Of a stretch of 64,000 bases of DNA, positions 27,033-36,432 are shown piece after piece. The stretch is from positions 3,615-67,614 of IMG/VR virus record IMGVR_UViG_3300024331_000070; one strand, written 5' to 3'. Position numbers and translations under genes: made by a program. Within the stretch, counting starts at the first letter, position 1. Each line of letters begins with the position of its first letter. The notes below the pieces were generated by a model that saw nothing but the letters and a program-made list of their open reading frames with translations, was not told where the DNA came from and did no database searches. The DNA comes from a virus (Duplodnaviria; Caudoviricetes).

Positions 27033-27556
27033 CCACCCTGCCTGAACTGCGCATACTGCCCACCCGCCGTGCTCGCGCCAGAAAGCAACGAGCCCGCCGC
27101 CCCGATATCGCCCGCGGTTTCGGCCTGTTCACCCTCGGCGATATCGAGGTTCGCCTGCGCGATGTCACTGGTTGCGGCGACCTCCTGGCCGTACGCCTCT
27201 TTCGCCGCATTGGAGCGGATCGTCAGCGCATCTGACAGCCCGAGCATTTCCGTGCCGGCGCGAACATCAGCCGCGCTGCCCGTATTGACCGAGACGCCAG
27301 CAGCACCCTGCCGGGCCGCCTCGCCCGCGACCCGCGCGCGAGTCTGCAAGCCCTTCGCCGAAGCCGCGGCATCGCCGGCCTGGATGTCCCATTGCGCATT
27401 GCGCCGGGCGATCAGCGCGTTGTTCTCGGCGACCTGGGCCTGATAGGCCATGGCCGCCTTGGTGGCCTGCCCGCCTTCCCAGGAGCCGAAGGCCTTGACG
27501 CCACCCGCGGCAACGGTCGTTCCGAGTATGGCCATGGAGACAGGATCAATGCCCAC
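27029..27556 (-). CDS. Small internal virion protein (T7 gp14 position)
   Basis: Ala/Gly-rich; GTG overlaps the upstream TAG. Confidence 0.75.
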   Translation of the reverse strand: MGIDPVSMAILGTTVAAGGVKAFGSWEGGQATKAAMAYQAQVAENNALIARRNAQWDIQAGDAAASAKGLQTRARVAGEAARQGAAGVSVNTGSAADVRAGTEMLGLSDALTIRSNAAKEAYGQEVAATSDIAQANLDIAEGEQAETAGDIGAAGSLLSGASTAGGQYAQFRQGG

Positions 27557-28023
27557 TATCCGCGCTCCATCGTGAACTTGCGGCACAAGGCTCCATTAGG
27601 ACCGCAGGGTGCGGGATCGGACAGCGCGAACCCAAGCACCTCGAGAAACCGGCAGGCCCGCGTATATTTCGCGAGGACGTGGTTCTCCAGGCGCGACTTG
27701 TGCCGGAGCATCAGCACCACCTCACGCTTTGCCTCACGCAGGAAGGCAACCGGCGCTTTCTCGATCGGAGGAGCCGTCAGCAGCCAGGGATACCCGACCG
27801 CGCCGAGCATCGAGCCGCCCAGGCCCCACATCGCCGCGATCTCGCCGTTGACAAAGGCCGTCCTGCGGAAGATCGCGTTCCGATATGAGGTCCGCAGCGC
27901 CGTGATCGGCGTCAAACCCATCTCCGTCACCTCGATACGGTCATCCTCACGCAGATTGCGGGCGAGCGCGTAGACGTCGGCGATGTCCGCGGGGCGGATT
28001 TCAATCTTGGGTGAGATTGTCAA
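27556..28023 (-). CDS. GNAT-fold internal virion protein A (T7 gp13-like)
   Basis: NLREDDRIEV...AAMWG...PWLL...LENHV...RFLEVLGF; synteny after the nozzle. Confidence 0.8.
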   Translation of the reverse strand: MTISPKIEIRPADIADVYALARNLREDDRIEVTEMGLTPITALRTSYRNAIFRRTAFVNGEIAAMWGLGGSMLGAVGYPWLLTAPPIEKAPVAFLREAKREVVLMLRHKSRLENHVLAKYTRACRFLEVLGFALSDPAPCGPNGALCRKFTMERG

Positions 28024-28252
28024 CGACCCTTATCGGGACGCCGCGATATGATACGTCCGCTACGCCCGCATAGTCATTGAAAGTCAGCAGCACGTTCCTG
28101 TCGCGGATCGCCTCTATTGGATACCTGCAGCGAGTGGTACGCGGGCGCCCCGTTGGCGCAGCGACCATTGCCGCTTTTGCCAATTCAGGCAATTCAGGCA
28201 ACGCTGCCGCCGCACCGAAGATGAATCCGAAGAATGAGCGTCGAGTAGCCAT
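28001..28252 (-). CDS. Small protein with twin-arginine-like N-terminus
   Basis: MATRRSFFGFIFGAAAA. Confidence 0.5.
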   Translation of the reverse strand: MATRRSFFGFIFGAAAALPELPELAKAAMVAAPTGRPRTTRCRYPIEAIRDRNVLLTFNDYAGVADVSYRGVPIRVVDNLTQD

Positions 28253-28263
28253 TCTTATCCTCC

Positions 28264-31200
28264 CTACTCGCCAGGGCTCCACGTCGGGACCAACGCGAGC
28301 ACATTCATGGGAAACGGCTTCGTCTGCTGCGCCGCCACCATGCCCGGGCTCGCCTCCCATCCATTCCATGATTGCCAGTCATCGTCCACGTTGACATATT
28401 TATCCCCCGTAAAGAGCGGGAGTGCGGCGGAGGGAACGTTGGATTGCGGCACTTCCTGGATGTCGACGAGATTGGTCCAAGGCACTTCCTGCTGAAAGTC
28501 GAGGGCGGAAGCCACTGGCTGGTTGGCGCCGACCTGAACCCCGCGGCTCTTTTCCAATCGGATCGTTGCACCGTTGATCTTCTTGCGCTTGCCCTGGATG
28601 GTGCCCATGGACTGCATCTCCAGGTGCATCGCCTGCAACTGGGCAATGAAGGGCAGCCCGATGGTGACCGCGCTCGCGGGCGCCGGGAGCGTCACCGTGC
28701 CATTGGTCACGGTGGTCAAGGGAATCTCGGAACCATCGGCAATGCCGTACACCTGCATGCCTTCGAGGTGGAACAGGTTGGTAATCTCCGACACCGGGGT
28801 AGTGATGCTCCAGGTCCCCGGTGGCGCTGGAACTGGAAGCAGGTTCGGATCATTGGGGATGGTTTGAAGAATCGGCGCCGTGATCGAGGCGAGGACCTGC
28901 GATGGATTTGCCACCGAGGAAACGACGGCCTGACCACCTCCGATCCGAATCACATCTCCCGCCACGGTGTCGGCGAACACCGGCTGATCGGCATTGAAGG
29001 CGACGTTCTGCGACACGAAGGGGACGAGCGTTCCCCCGGCTCCATTCGGGTCGCTGATGGTGACATAGGTTCCCGGCGAGTAGCCTTCGCCTTGGGAAAC
29101 GATGGTGAATCCCGTGAGCACGCCGCCGGACTGCGTGAGCGTGATGACGGCACCCGAGCCGGTGCCCTGGGGATCGATGACTTGTGCCGCGGGATCGGTG
29201 TAGCCCTGCCCGGTGGTGGCGAGATAACCCCCGGTGATGTCCCCGGGACCTTCGGCCGCCATGGCGGACAGCGTTGCATTGGGCGTCGGCTGAGCAAGAG
29301 ACAGGCCGGCATCCACGCACCATGGATCTTCCGGCCCGAACCACAGCCGGTCGTCCATGCGTTCGATGTAGTACACCCACTGAGCGGGCCCGGGGATGTA
29401 GCGCTTGATCACAAAATACGGCGCATTCACCGGCGGCTCGGTCGCGACCTCATTGCCGACGACGAGGCCGTTGGTGTCATGCCTGGCCCAGCCCTTGAGC
29501 TTTTCTTCCTTGTCATAGGTGAACGACAGGAACTTCCCATCGCTGCGGGTCGCCCAGACGATCTTCCACGGGATCTGCGCCCAAGCCCAGGACACCAACG
29601 TAAAACCATCGAAGAGGTGATTGGACAGCACCGTCACGTCTTCGCCGGCATAGATATTGTTGAAGAAGTTGTACTGGAGGTCGCGGACGGTGTAGCCGAG
29701 CTGCTGGACGTAGAGGATATCGTAGTTGATCCGGAGCGGCTTCACGGTGGGAGAGTAGCCGTTCGATTCCTGGGGCTGCGCGCTCTCCGAGGCCGGCGTC
29801 AGAGGAGACCCCGCACCACCGGCACCGGCGACCTGCCAGGTGTCCAACCCCGTACCGGCCAACAGTCCGCCTGGCATGGGGGTGAGCCACTGGACGCCGT
29901 TGACCTGGGTGCCCCATGGGGTGAGCGTGACCGCATCGTCATCTACCGGTGGGGTAGATGCATCGAAGTTCGTGTAAGCCCCGGTCTTCGAGGTCCAGAG
30001 CGTGTCCGGGTTGTTGATACTGTCAGCGTAGACCCGGCGCTGCTGGAAATAGTCTGCGACAGACGGATAGGTCCCGGTCTGCGGCCCGATGTCTGGCGTG
30101 AAGGCGGCACCCGTACCACCGCCGCCATCCGCGATCAGAATCGTGTCCGTGTCGACGTAGCCTTGGCCGCCGTTCTGCACGATGATGGCGACCACTGCGC
30201 CGGACACGACGACAGGCGCCAGCACGGCACCGGAGCCGGTTGCGCTGACCATGATCGCCGTGGTCGAGGCCTGGACATAGCCGGAGCCACCAGCGGTTTC
30301 CGTCGCGCTGATGACCTGCCCGCGCGCGAACGGATCGAGATGGAGCGGAGGCGACTTCACGGGATCGTTGAGGATGTTGGTGTTGACGAACTGCGTCCCG
30401 AAGGCGGAGCCGAGGTAACCGAACGCCGCCCCCACGGGGACCGGCGTATCGTATGAGGGGGGCGCTTGGTACACGTTGTAATAGGCCGCCCCGATCACCG
30501 AGGCCCAGGTGATCGTGTGTGATCCCTGCACAAGAGAAATGTTGTTGGAATTGGTTATGTAGGCGATGGGCGAGGCAATCGACTCTTCGCCCGTGGTTCG
30601 ATCGACGGCGGTGACGCAATAGGCAAATTGGGTGGAAACGGTGGCAGTGACCGAGGTGGTCGCGGTGCATGTAGCCGGCGCATCGATGCCCGCAGCGAAC
30701 GTGGTCTGCGTGAACGTCCAGCTGTTCGCAGCGAGCCGCGCGAGATCGATCGGCGGGTATTCCGTCCCGGTCTGCTGGTTGACACAGCACAAACTCATCA
30801 CGTCGGCTGACTGCACGACCTTGAGGTAAGGCAGGTCTGCGAGTGTATAGGGCGAATCGTAGCTCGTGAATACCCGCGAGAATGTCCCGCCCGAGCTGTA
30901 CGCGCCGTACGCCGACGAATTGACCGCATTCCCGAAGGTGTCCGTCAGGGTGAACGTGCTTGCGGTCGCGTTCTGGACGATGAAGGTGCGCGAATTGATC
31001 TGCGTGATGCCGACGAAGCCGGCCGCAAACACCCAATCACCGTTAGCAAAGCCATGGGCTGGGGCGGTTGCAACGGCCGGGTTGGCATTGGTAACCCCCG
31101 TCGCCGCCACTGGGCTTTCCAGCACGTAACCGCCATTTGCGATCACACGCATGTAGGTCGCGCCGAGAGCGTTGGCGCCGAACTCCAGCAGATAGGATTG

Positions 31201-31437
31201 GAAGATCGAGAACTGAAATCTGACCAGCTTCGGCGGAATGGAAGATGGCGAAGCAGGCGTCAGAGATTGCCCGACCCACATCGTTCCGGCTCGGGAAGAA
31301 GCCGGACCGCGATAGGAGACGAAGCAGTTCCGCATGACGGACGCGCCGCCGTAGAACCATTCGCCGTCGGTTCTGCCCCACAGGGATGGGGACAGCTCGC
31401 CCTTGTTGAAAGTCGGCTTGATCGAGGTGATGGGCAT
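28264..31437 (-). CDS. Tail tubular protein B (nozzle, T7 gp12-like) with inserted domains
   Basis: TFNKGELSPSL.GRTD start; YFQQRRVYA; GWARHDT; YIERM. Confidence 0.88.
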   Translation of the reverse strand: MPITSIKPTFNKGELSPSLWGRTDGEWFYGGASVMRNCFVSYRGPASSRAGTMWVGQSLTPASPSSIPPKLVRFQFSIFQSYLLEFGANALGATYMRVIANGGYVLESPVAATGVTNANPAVATAPAHGFANGDWVFAAGFVGITQINSRTFIVQNATASTFTLTDTFGNAVNSSAYGAYSSGGTFSRVFTSYDSPYTLADLPYLKVVQSADVMSLCCVNQQTGTEYPPIDLARLAANSWTFTQTTFAAGIDAPATCTATTSVTATVSTQFAYCVTAVDRTTGEESIASPIAYITNSNNISLVQGSHTITWASVIGAAYYNVYQAPPSYDTPVPVGAAFGYLGSAFGTQFVNTNILNDPVKSPPLHLDPFARGQVISATETAGGSGYVQASTTAIMVSATGSGAVLAPVVVSGAVVAIIVQNGGQGYVDTDTILIADGGGGTGAAFTPDIGPQTGTYPSVADYFQQRRVYADSINNPDTLWTSKTGAYTNFDASTPPVDDDAVTLTPWGTQVNGVQWLTPMPGGLLAGTGLDTWQVAGAGGAGSPLTPASESAQPQESNGYSPTVKPLRINYDILYVQQLGYTVRDLQYNFFNNIYAGEDVTVLSNHLFDGFTLVSWAWAQIPWKIVWATRSDGKFLSFTYDKEEKLKGWARHDTNGLVVGNEVATEPPVNAPYFVIKRYIPGPAQWVYYIERMDDRLWFGPEDPWCVDAGLSLAQPTPNATLSAMAAEGPGDITGGYLATTGQGYTDPAAQVIDPQGTGSGAVITLTQSGGVLTGFTIVSQGEGYSPGTYVTISDPNGAGGTLVPFVSQNVAFNADQPVFADTVAGDVIRIGGGQAVVSSVANPSQVLASITAPILQTIPNDPNLLPVPAPPGTWSITTPVSEITNLFHLEGMQVYGIADGSEIPLTTVTNGTVTLPAPASAVTIGLPFIAQLQAMHLEMQSMGTIQGKRKKINGATIRLEKSRGVQVGANQPVASALDFQQEVPWTNLVDIQEVPQSNVPSAALPLFTGDKYVNVDDDWQSWNGWEASPGMVAAQQTKPFPMNVLALVPTWSPGE

Positions 31438-32264
31438 CAGTACGACACGCCGTCTGGATAGCCGATCGATTGCCAGCCGGCAATGAATGGGCCGCCGCCC
31501 CATCCAGCGCTGCCCCAGCCCCAACCAGAGCCGGTGTTGCGCACCAGCATCCAATCAGGGATGTAGTCGACGGCGGTGATCCCCTCATTCCCGTCCGATG
31601 CGCGCGCCGAATTGATGAGCCCAACGGCAAGCTGAATACGCATCTGCATCAGAGCTTTGTCGCCCGAGATCGGAAGGCAGAACCACGCCGCGAGAGTCCC
31701 GATCACCGCATTCTGCAACGCAGAATCCCACAAATCCGGATTTGCGATGCGCCCGGTGTAGACCGCTTGTGCCTTGCAAGCGTTGGACAATATCACTTTG
31801 ATCTGATTGCCATCCGCATCGGTATCGATCGACGGCACGAACGGCATCGATGTATTGACCAGGGGCTGATTGGAGATACCCACGTTGGTCATGAGCGGCG
31901 CCTGACCGGGGATCGGCAGATTCGGCCGCGGGATGACGAAGCGCGTCAGCAGACAGTCGTTCGGGTACGCATAGCTGTAGCGCCACGGAACGGGCGGCGT
32001 CGGATTGAGATTGCCATTGGAATCATAGCCGGAGGGATTCTCCGGTGTTCCCACGGCCGCCTTGAGCAGGGTCAGTTCCCGTTGTAGCCGTGCCGAATTC
32101 CAATGCGCGGCACGAAACACCGCATCGACCTGTGTCTGATAGGTGCGGCTCGCGACTTGGGCGGCGGTGTTGTTCGGAGGCGATGGCGGGTTGATGCCGG
32201 TCACGCTCGTCCGCGCCGAAATTTGGTCTAAGGCCATGTTGACCAAATCGACTGCGCTTGTCAC
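31437..32264 (-). CDS. Tail tubular protein A (adaptor, T7 gp11-like)
   Basis: VDLVNMALDQI...HWNSAR...WRYSYAYPNDCL. Confidence 0.85.
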   Translation of the reverse strand: MTSAVDLVNMALDQISARTSVTGINPPSPPNNTAAQVASRTYQTQVDAVFRAAHWNSARLQRELTLLKAAVGTPENPSGYDSNGNLNPTPPVPWRYSYAYPNDCLLTRFVIPRPNLPIPGQAPLMTNVGISNQPLVNTSMPFVPSIDTDADGNQIKVILSNACKAQAVYTGRIANPDLWDSALQNAVIGTLAAWFCLPISGDKALMQMRIQLAVGLINSARASDGNEGITAVDYIPDWMLVRNTGSGWGWGSAGWGGGPFIAGWQSIGYPDGVSY

Positions 32265-32410
32265 CGCTTCGGCCTATATCCGGATTTCAGCAAAGAGCAC
32301 GGCACCCGAGGCACAGGCGCAGAGGGTGATCGATAGGATTCGTGATCTTCATAACTACGGCCGCACCAAACGCACGGACCGCACTCTGCCGCCTGCAACA
32401 CAGGTAGCAT
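32261..32410 (-). CDS. Small Cys-containing hypothetical protein
   Basis: CVWCGRSYEDH; 3' part of ORF 32261-32641. Confidence 0.35.
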   Translation of the reverse strand: MLPVLQAAECGPCVWCGRSYEDHESYRSPSAPVPRVPCSLLKSGYRPKR

Positions 32411-32457
32411 TGCAGGGACGCATTCGACATTTGGTGAATCTGGGGAGGTCAATAGCT

Positions 32458-32649
32458 TCACGCCGGGTCTTCCGTCTTCACGATCGAGCACGTCGCTTGA
32501 AACTCGAAATGCCCGTCGATCTCCTGGGCCTTGTCGACGGCATGCTGCGCCGCTGTCCAACACGTCGTGAGGTCGGGCTGGACCTTGTTGACGAGGGTGA
32601 CGGGCTCCTCGCCCATCATCTGCAACATCACGATCAGCCATACCACCAT
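32458..32649 (-). CDS. Small protein with hydrophobic N-terminus and a Cys pair
   Basis: 63-aa ORF. Confidence 0.5.
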   Translation of the reverse strand: MVVWLIVMLQMMGEEPVTLVNKVQPDLTTCWTAAQHAVDKAQEIDGHFEFQATCSIVKTEDPA

Positions 32650-32716
32650 CAGAAAATCTCCGGGAAGCCCGCCATGAGCAGCGCGACGAAAAACAGGCCG
32701 AACATCGCGTCTATGC

Positions 32717-32965
32717 TCACTCGATCACTTCGTACAGCGGCACGTCCTTGAGACCGCCCGCTTGATTGATGTGATCGACGATCTGCGCTCCATGATTGGC
32801 TGCGCACACGGTCTTGTGCGGCCCGATCTCGCCGGGCTGCAGGGTGAACACGTATCCGGGCTCGCGCACCTCGCCGTGCATCTGGGCGCGCTGCAACAGG
32901 CGGCAGCGCTGCGGCTTCGGTTCGGACTTACTCGTCGTCTTCGTCGGGTTCATCGTGATCTCCAT
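32717..32965 (-). CDS. Hypothetical protein
   Basis: 82-aa ORF in the late operon. Confidence 0.55.
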   Translation of the reverse strand: MEITMNPTKTTSKSEPKPQRCRLLQRAQMHGEVREPGYVFTLQPGEIGPHKTVCAANHGAQIVDHINQAGGLKDVPLYEVIE

Positions 32966-33284
32966 ACCACCGCTCGGCGCGGTTATCGGGTGAACCTGGG
33001 ACGCCCATGCGCCTGATCTGCAGCTCGACGCAGCAGCGCTTTCCGCCCTCTGCGCTCTCGCTCATGCTGGCGCTGGTCACCATCGCCTCACAGCAGATGT
33101 GAACCATCTCTCCAACTGCTGGGAGGTCGCCGTCGAGGCCGAGCTTCTTGAGCTGATCGTCCTCGAGGCGGATGCAGCAGCCCCATGGATAGCGCGGGCC
33201 GGAGGACGGCTGCGGCGTCGATTCCATCTTCGTCGACTCGGCCGGCATGGCCATGTCAACGAGGGGTGCGTGCATGTCGGCCAT
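32928..33284 (-). CDS. Putative capsid-associated (staple-like) protein
   Basis: YPWGCCIRLEDDQLKKLGL...LPAVGEMV...VELQI. Confidence 0.6.
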   Translation of the reverse strand: MADMHAPLVDMAMPAESTKMESTPQPSSGPRYPWGCCIRLEDDQLKKLGLDGDLPAVGEMVHICCEAMVTSASMSESAEGGKRCCVELQIRRMGVPGSPDNRAERWYGDHDEPDEDDE

Positions 33285-33288
33285 GGCA

Positions 33289-33606
33289 TCAGCCCGCGTT
33301 GGCGCCGGAGACCGCAGGCGGCGTGCCCGCCGCAGCGCCGGCAGCAGCGTTGTTCATGGCTGCGGGTTCTGCCGTGCCCCCAGGGGTGCCGGGACCAGCT
33401 TCCATCTCGGAGGCCTGCCGAGATGCCATCTGTTCCATTTCGGCCTCATGCTGCTTGTGCATGTCGTCGCGCGCCTTGGCGTGACGCTGATGGGCCTCGC
33501 CGCGCTCGCGGCCGTGGCGCTCGTGCATGCCTTCCGGCTTGCCTTCGCCGTGGCCATCCTTGCCCTTCTTCTTGTCCCAATAGTGTTCCTTGGCGGCCAT
33601 GATCAT
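33289..33606 (-). CDS. His/charge-rich low-complexity protein
   Basis: 105-aa ORF in the late operon. Confidence 0.6.
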   Translation of the reverse strand: MIMAAKEHYWDKKKGKDGHGEGKPEGMHERHGRERGEAHQRHAKARDDMHKQHEAEMEQMASRQASEMEAGPGTPGGTAEPAAMNNAAAGAAAGTPPAVSGANAG

Positions 33607-33803
33607 CCCTTTCCGTACCAGTTCCGCTTCTTGTGCATTCCGATCAGCGTTTCCGCGAGGCGTGCTTGCTTGCCGGTCTTGCCGCTGTCGCCTGCGTGCT
33701 CGGCTGCGAACTGGCGTGTGGATTCGCCGGCGGCTTCGGCTTTCTTCTTGAGCGCGCCTGGATGCTTAATCGCGCCGGCAATCCATTTCTTCGATTTGGC
33801 CAT
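33603..33803 (-). CDS. Small basic phage protein
   Basis: KWIAGAIKHPGAL...GKQARLAETL. Confidence 0.7.
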   Translation of the reverse strand: MAKSKKWIAGAIKHPGALKKKAEAAGESTRQFAAEHAGDSGKTGKQARLAETLIGMHKKRNWYGKG

Positions 33804-33808
33804 GGTCC

Positions 33809-33997
33809 CTACTCCGGAAGAAACCCAACGCGATCTCGAACGCGAAAAATTCGTCGGCCGCGCTCGTCCAATAAACCGGTATCCGTCACATCATCGGTGG
33901 CTATTACATCGATGGCCTCAGGGGAGACCTTCTGTTCCCATGCCGCGTCGTCCGCGATATATCCGCGCGTCAGATATTTCATTTTTTGTCGTACCAC
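33809..33997 (-). CDS. Hypothetical protein
   Basis: 62-aa ORF filling the gap between late genes. Confidence 0.35.
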   Translation of the reverse strand: MVRQKMKYLTRGYIADDAAWEQKVSPEAIDVIATDDVTDTGLLDERGRRIFRVRDRVGFLPE

Positions 33998-34155
33998 TTC
34001 GCGGACCTCGAGCGCGGCTTCTTCTTCTCGGGCAGTTTCCCGCCGGGGTCGGCGTCGGCGAATTCCTTGCCGACCGACTTCGGGATGCCCAGCGTGGACT
34101 TGCCTGCGGCAGCCGCAAACATGGCTCTGCGTTGCGCTTCCGATACGGCCGGCAT
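33979..34155 (-). CDS. Small basic phage protein
   Basis: [32 protein letters not shown]. Confidence 0.7.
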   Translation of the reverse strand: MPAVSEAQRRAMFAAAAGKSTLGIPKSVGKEFADADPGGKLPEKKKPRSRSAKWYDKK

Positions 34156-34157
34156 GG

Positions 34158-34598
34158 CTACTGCTGATAGCCGTAGGAGTTCACATCGACCGCCGATGCG
34201 GTGCCGTCCGCAGTCGTGGTCACGGTGATCGCTGTGTTGGCAGCGCTCGCGGGGATGCAGGGACTGTAGTTGTGCGTGATGGAAGCGCCAGAGGCGGCAG
34301 AGGCGAGCTGATAGACCATCGACGATCCGATGAGCCCCGCAACGGTGATCGGGCCGACCGCAGCAGTGCCACCGATAGCCGAAACATTCCAACCGCAGAT
34401 GTATGTGGTCTTATTTGTCACGGCCGCGAGCGTGCCCACCACGGCGCCCGTGGTGCCCGTCGAGTTACCGGTGATGACGGTTTGAGCCAGAGGCCCATAG
34501 GCGGAGGGTCCTGGCGGGTTGACCTGCGCCAGGAGTGTTCCGAGCGCGCCCGCACCGAACAGGGCGGCGAGACCACAAGCAATCAGCATTCTTCGCAT
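34158..34598 (-). CDS. Beta-rich virion-accessory protein with signal peptide
   Basis: AAGGA ribosome site; [25 protein letters not shown]; Thr/Ala/Gly-rich. Confidence 0.75.
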   Translation of the reverse strand: MRRMLIACGLAALFGAGALGTLLAQVNPPGPSAYGPLAQTVITGNSTGTTGAVVGTLAAVTNKTTYICGWNVSAIGGTAAVGPITVAGLIGSSMVYQLASAASGASITHNYSPCIPASAANTAITVTTTADGTASAVDVNSYGYQQ

Positions 34599-34612
34599 CG
34601 AGATTGTCCTTC

Positions 34613-34975
34613 TCAGTGAAACCGCGGCGCCGGTCCGAGCTTGGCGGGACGCGATCGCGCATCCTTCGGCTTCGGGCGCCGGGCAAGATAATTCGCGATC
34701 GATAGCAGCGTCAGCACCATCAGCTTGTCATCGCCAAACCCGGTGTGGCAGAGCCAGTCCTTGAAGCCTGGAATCAAGCCATCGAGCGCGACCGCGACCG
34801 GCGTCGCCACCGCCATGGCGGCCTCATGGTCCTTGCCGAAATGGCGCAGCAACTCGTCGGGTCCGCCGCCGCGGGGCACCCGGGCCTCCAGCGTCAATTC
34901 CATGTTGCGTTTGATCGCGGGCGTCATCGCCGCGGCAATCGTAAGCAGACGCGGGATCGGATCGGCAATGATCAT
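34613..34975 (-). CDS. Hypothetical protein, paralog of 42158-42520
   Basis: PRGGG...RHFG and PGFKDWLCHTGFGDD..M. Confidence 0.65.
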   Translation of the reverse strand: MIIADPIPRLLTIAAAMTPAIKRNMELTLEARVPRGGGPDELLRHFGKDHEAAMAVATPVAVALDGLIPGFKDWLCHTGFGDDKLMVLTLLSIANYLARRPKPKDARSRPAKLGPAPRFH

Positions 34976-36432
34976 GGTGACGCTCTCAGGATGCGGGATG
35001 GAAGCGCGGTCTGCCCCATCGAATGCTCATAGGAGATCGCAGCCGCGGCCGGATTGAACGGGATGTCGAGCGCTTGCCGGATGTCTCGCTCAAGCTGATC
35101 GCGAAGTCGGACAATGGCCCCGCTCGAAAGATGATCCGTGAAGACGTGAGAAACATATCCGTCGTCAGGTGATCCTTTGTAGTAGTCCGCCACGGCGGCG
35201 TAATCCAACTCGAACTGGTGTAGACGATCGCCAGACCGGGCGCCGTAAGTGAAAACTCCATCGCCGCGGTCCTCCGCATCGTCGTAATAGGGCGATCCCG
35301 GATAAGGCGTGATCACCGTTACATCGAAATCGTCCGGTTTCTCGTCGATCAGCCACGCCTTGGTTTCGGCGACGGTCGCTTCGGACTCTCCGGGGTGCCC
35401 CAAGCTCATGAGCGCCTTGACCTTCAGGCCGTGTCGCCTGGCAATGTCCATGCAGCGCGAATTGTCATCCTGCGTGGCCTTCTTCTGGATGTTGTCAAGA
35501 ATGCGTGGAGAGCCTGACTCAAAACCCACAAGTATCCATCGGAAGCCAGCGTGGACCATAGCTTTTGCTTGATCGTCGGTGAAAAGCTCCGCCTTGATGA
35601 AGCCCCGGAGCCTCCAGTCATCACCCGCATCGGCGATCTTCTCCATCAATTCGATCATGCCGCGGTTCACGTTCAATTCGTCGTCGTAGAACATGAAGCC
35701 GCGGATGCCGTAGGTGGCCCGCATGTGCACCATCTCGGCGACGATGTTGTCGGCTGAGCGCATGCGAATGTGGCGGAGCATCGGGGAGTGGCGGCCAGCG
35801 CAGAACCCGCAGCCGAATGGACATCCGAGTTGAGCGATCAAAGAGAGGGCGGGGACACCATCGACTTGGTAGCGATAAGAGCCAACATCCACAAGGTGTC
35901 GCGCGGGCCATGCCGTTTCATTGAGGCCCGCATCACTCAGAAAATATGGTGATCGGCGGCCATCTGCGTCAATTCTGGCGGGGGCGCCGAGTTCAATCGC
36001 TTCAAGAATCGCTTTCTCTCCATCGCCGGCCACGATGCAGTCAAAGCAATCAGCCATGCGCGCAAGGGCTCTAGTCGCACGGCCGGGCGCTTTCTCACGC
36101 TTTTGGGCAGCGTAGACAAGTGTTGCGTGCGGGCCGCCGAGTATGATGCGAGCGCCAGGAGAGACGGAATGAATCGTGTCTGCAATCCGTACGGCGGCGG
36201 GGAACTGCGGAGTCGTGGCCGTAACTCCATAACACGTGGCACCCTTGTTCTTGGCGTGCTGCGCGACAATTTCCTCATAGTTCGAATATCCCGAGAGGTC
36301 CATTACTTCGACCGGCACGCCGGCCTTTTCCAGTGCTGCCGCCACTTTCAGGATGCCGAGCGGCATGAAGACACGCTCGTCCAAGAGAAAGGGCGACGGC
36401 GGAATGATCAGGCAGACCCTGGGATGTCCCAC
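34972..36432 (-). CDS. Cobalamin-binding radical SAM enzyme (class B-like)
   Basis: PLGILKVAAAL, IILGGPHAT, GCPFGCGFC, FYDDELN, VGFESGS; GTG start at 36432 preferred. Confidence 0.9.
   Translation of the reverse strand: MGHPRVCLIIPPSPFLLDERVFMPLGILKVAAALEKAGVPVEVMDLSGYSNYEEIVAQHAKNKGATCYGVTATTPQFPAAVRIADTIHSVSPGARIILGGPHATLVYAAQKREKAPGRATRALARMADCFDCIVAGDGEKAILEAIELGAPARIDADGRRSPYFLSDAGLNETAWPARHLVDVGSYRYQVDGVPALSLIAQLGCPFGCGFCAGRHSPMLRHIRMRSADNIVAEMVHMRATYGIRGFMFYDDELNVNRGMIELMEKIADAGDDWRLRGFIKAELFTDDQAKAMVHAGFRWILVGFESGSPRILDNIQKKATQDDNSRCMDIARRHGLKVKALMSLGHPGESEATVAETKAWLIDEKPDDFDVTVITPYPGSPYYDDAEDRGDGVFTYGARSGDRLHQFELDYAAVADYYKGSPDDGYVSHVFTDHLSSGAIVRLRDQLERDIRQALDIPFNPAAAAISYEHSMGQTALPSRILRASP

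Noticed and set aside
19093-30456. Long plus-strand ORFs opposite the structural genes (for example 19093-20160, 28372-30456)
   Set aside because: Antisense shadows of high-GC coding sequence with no motifs
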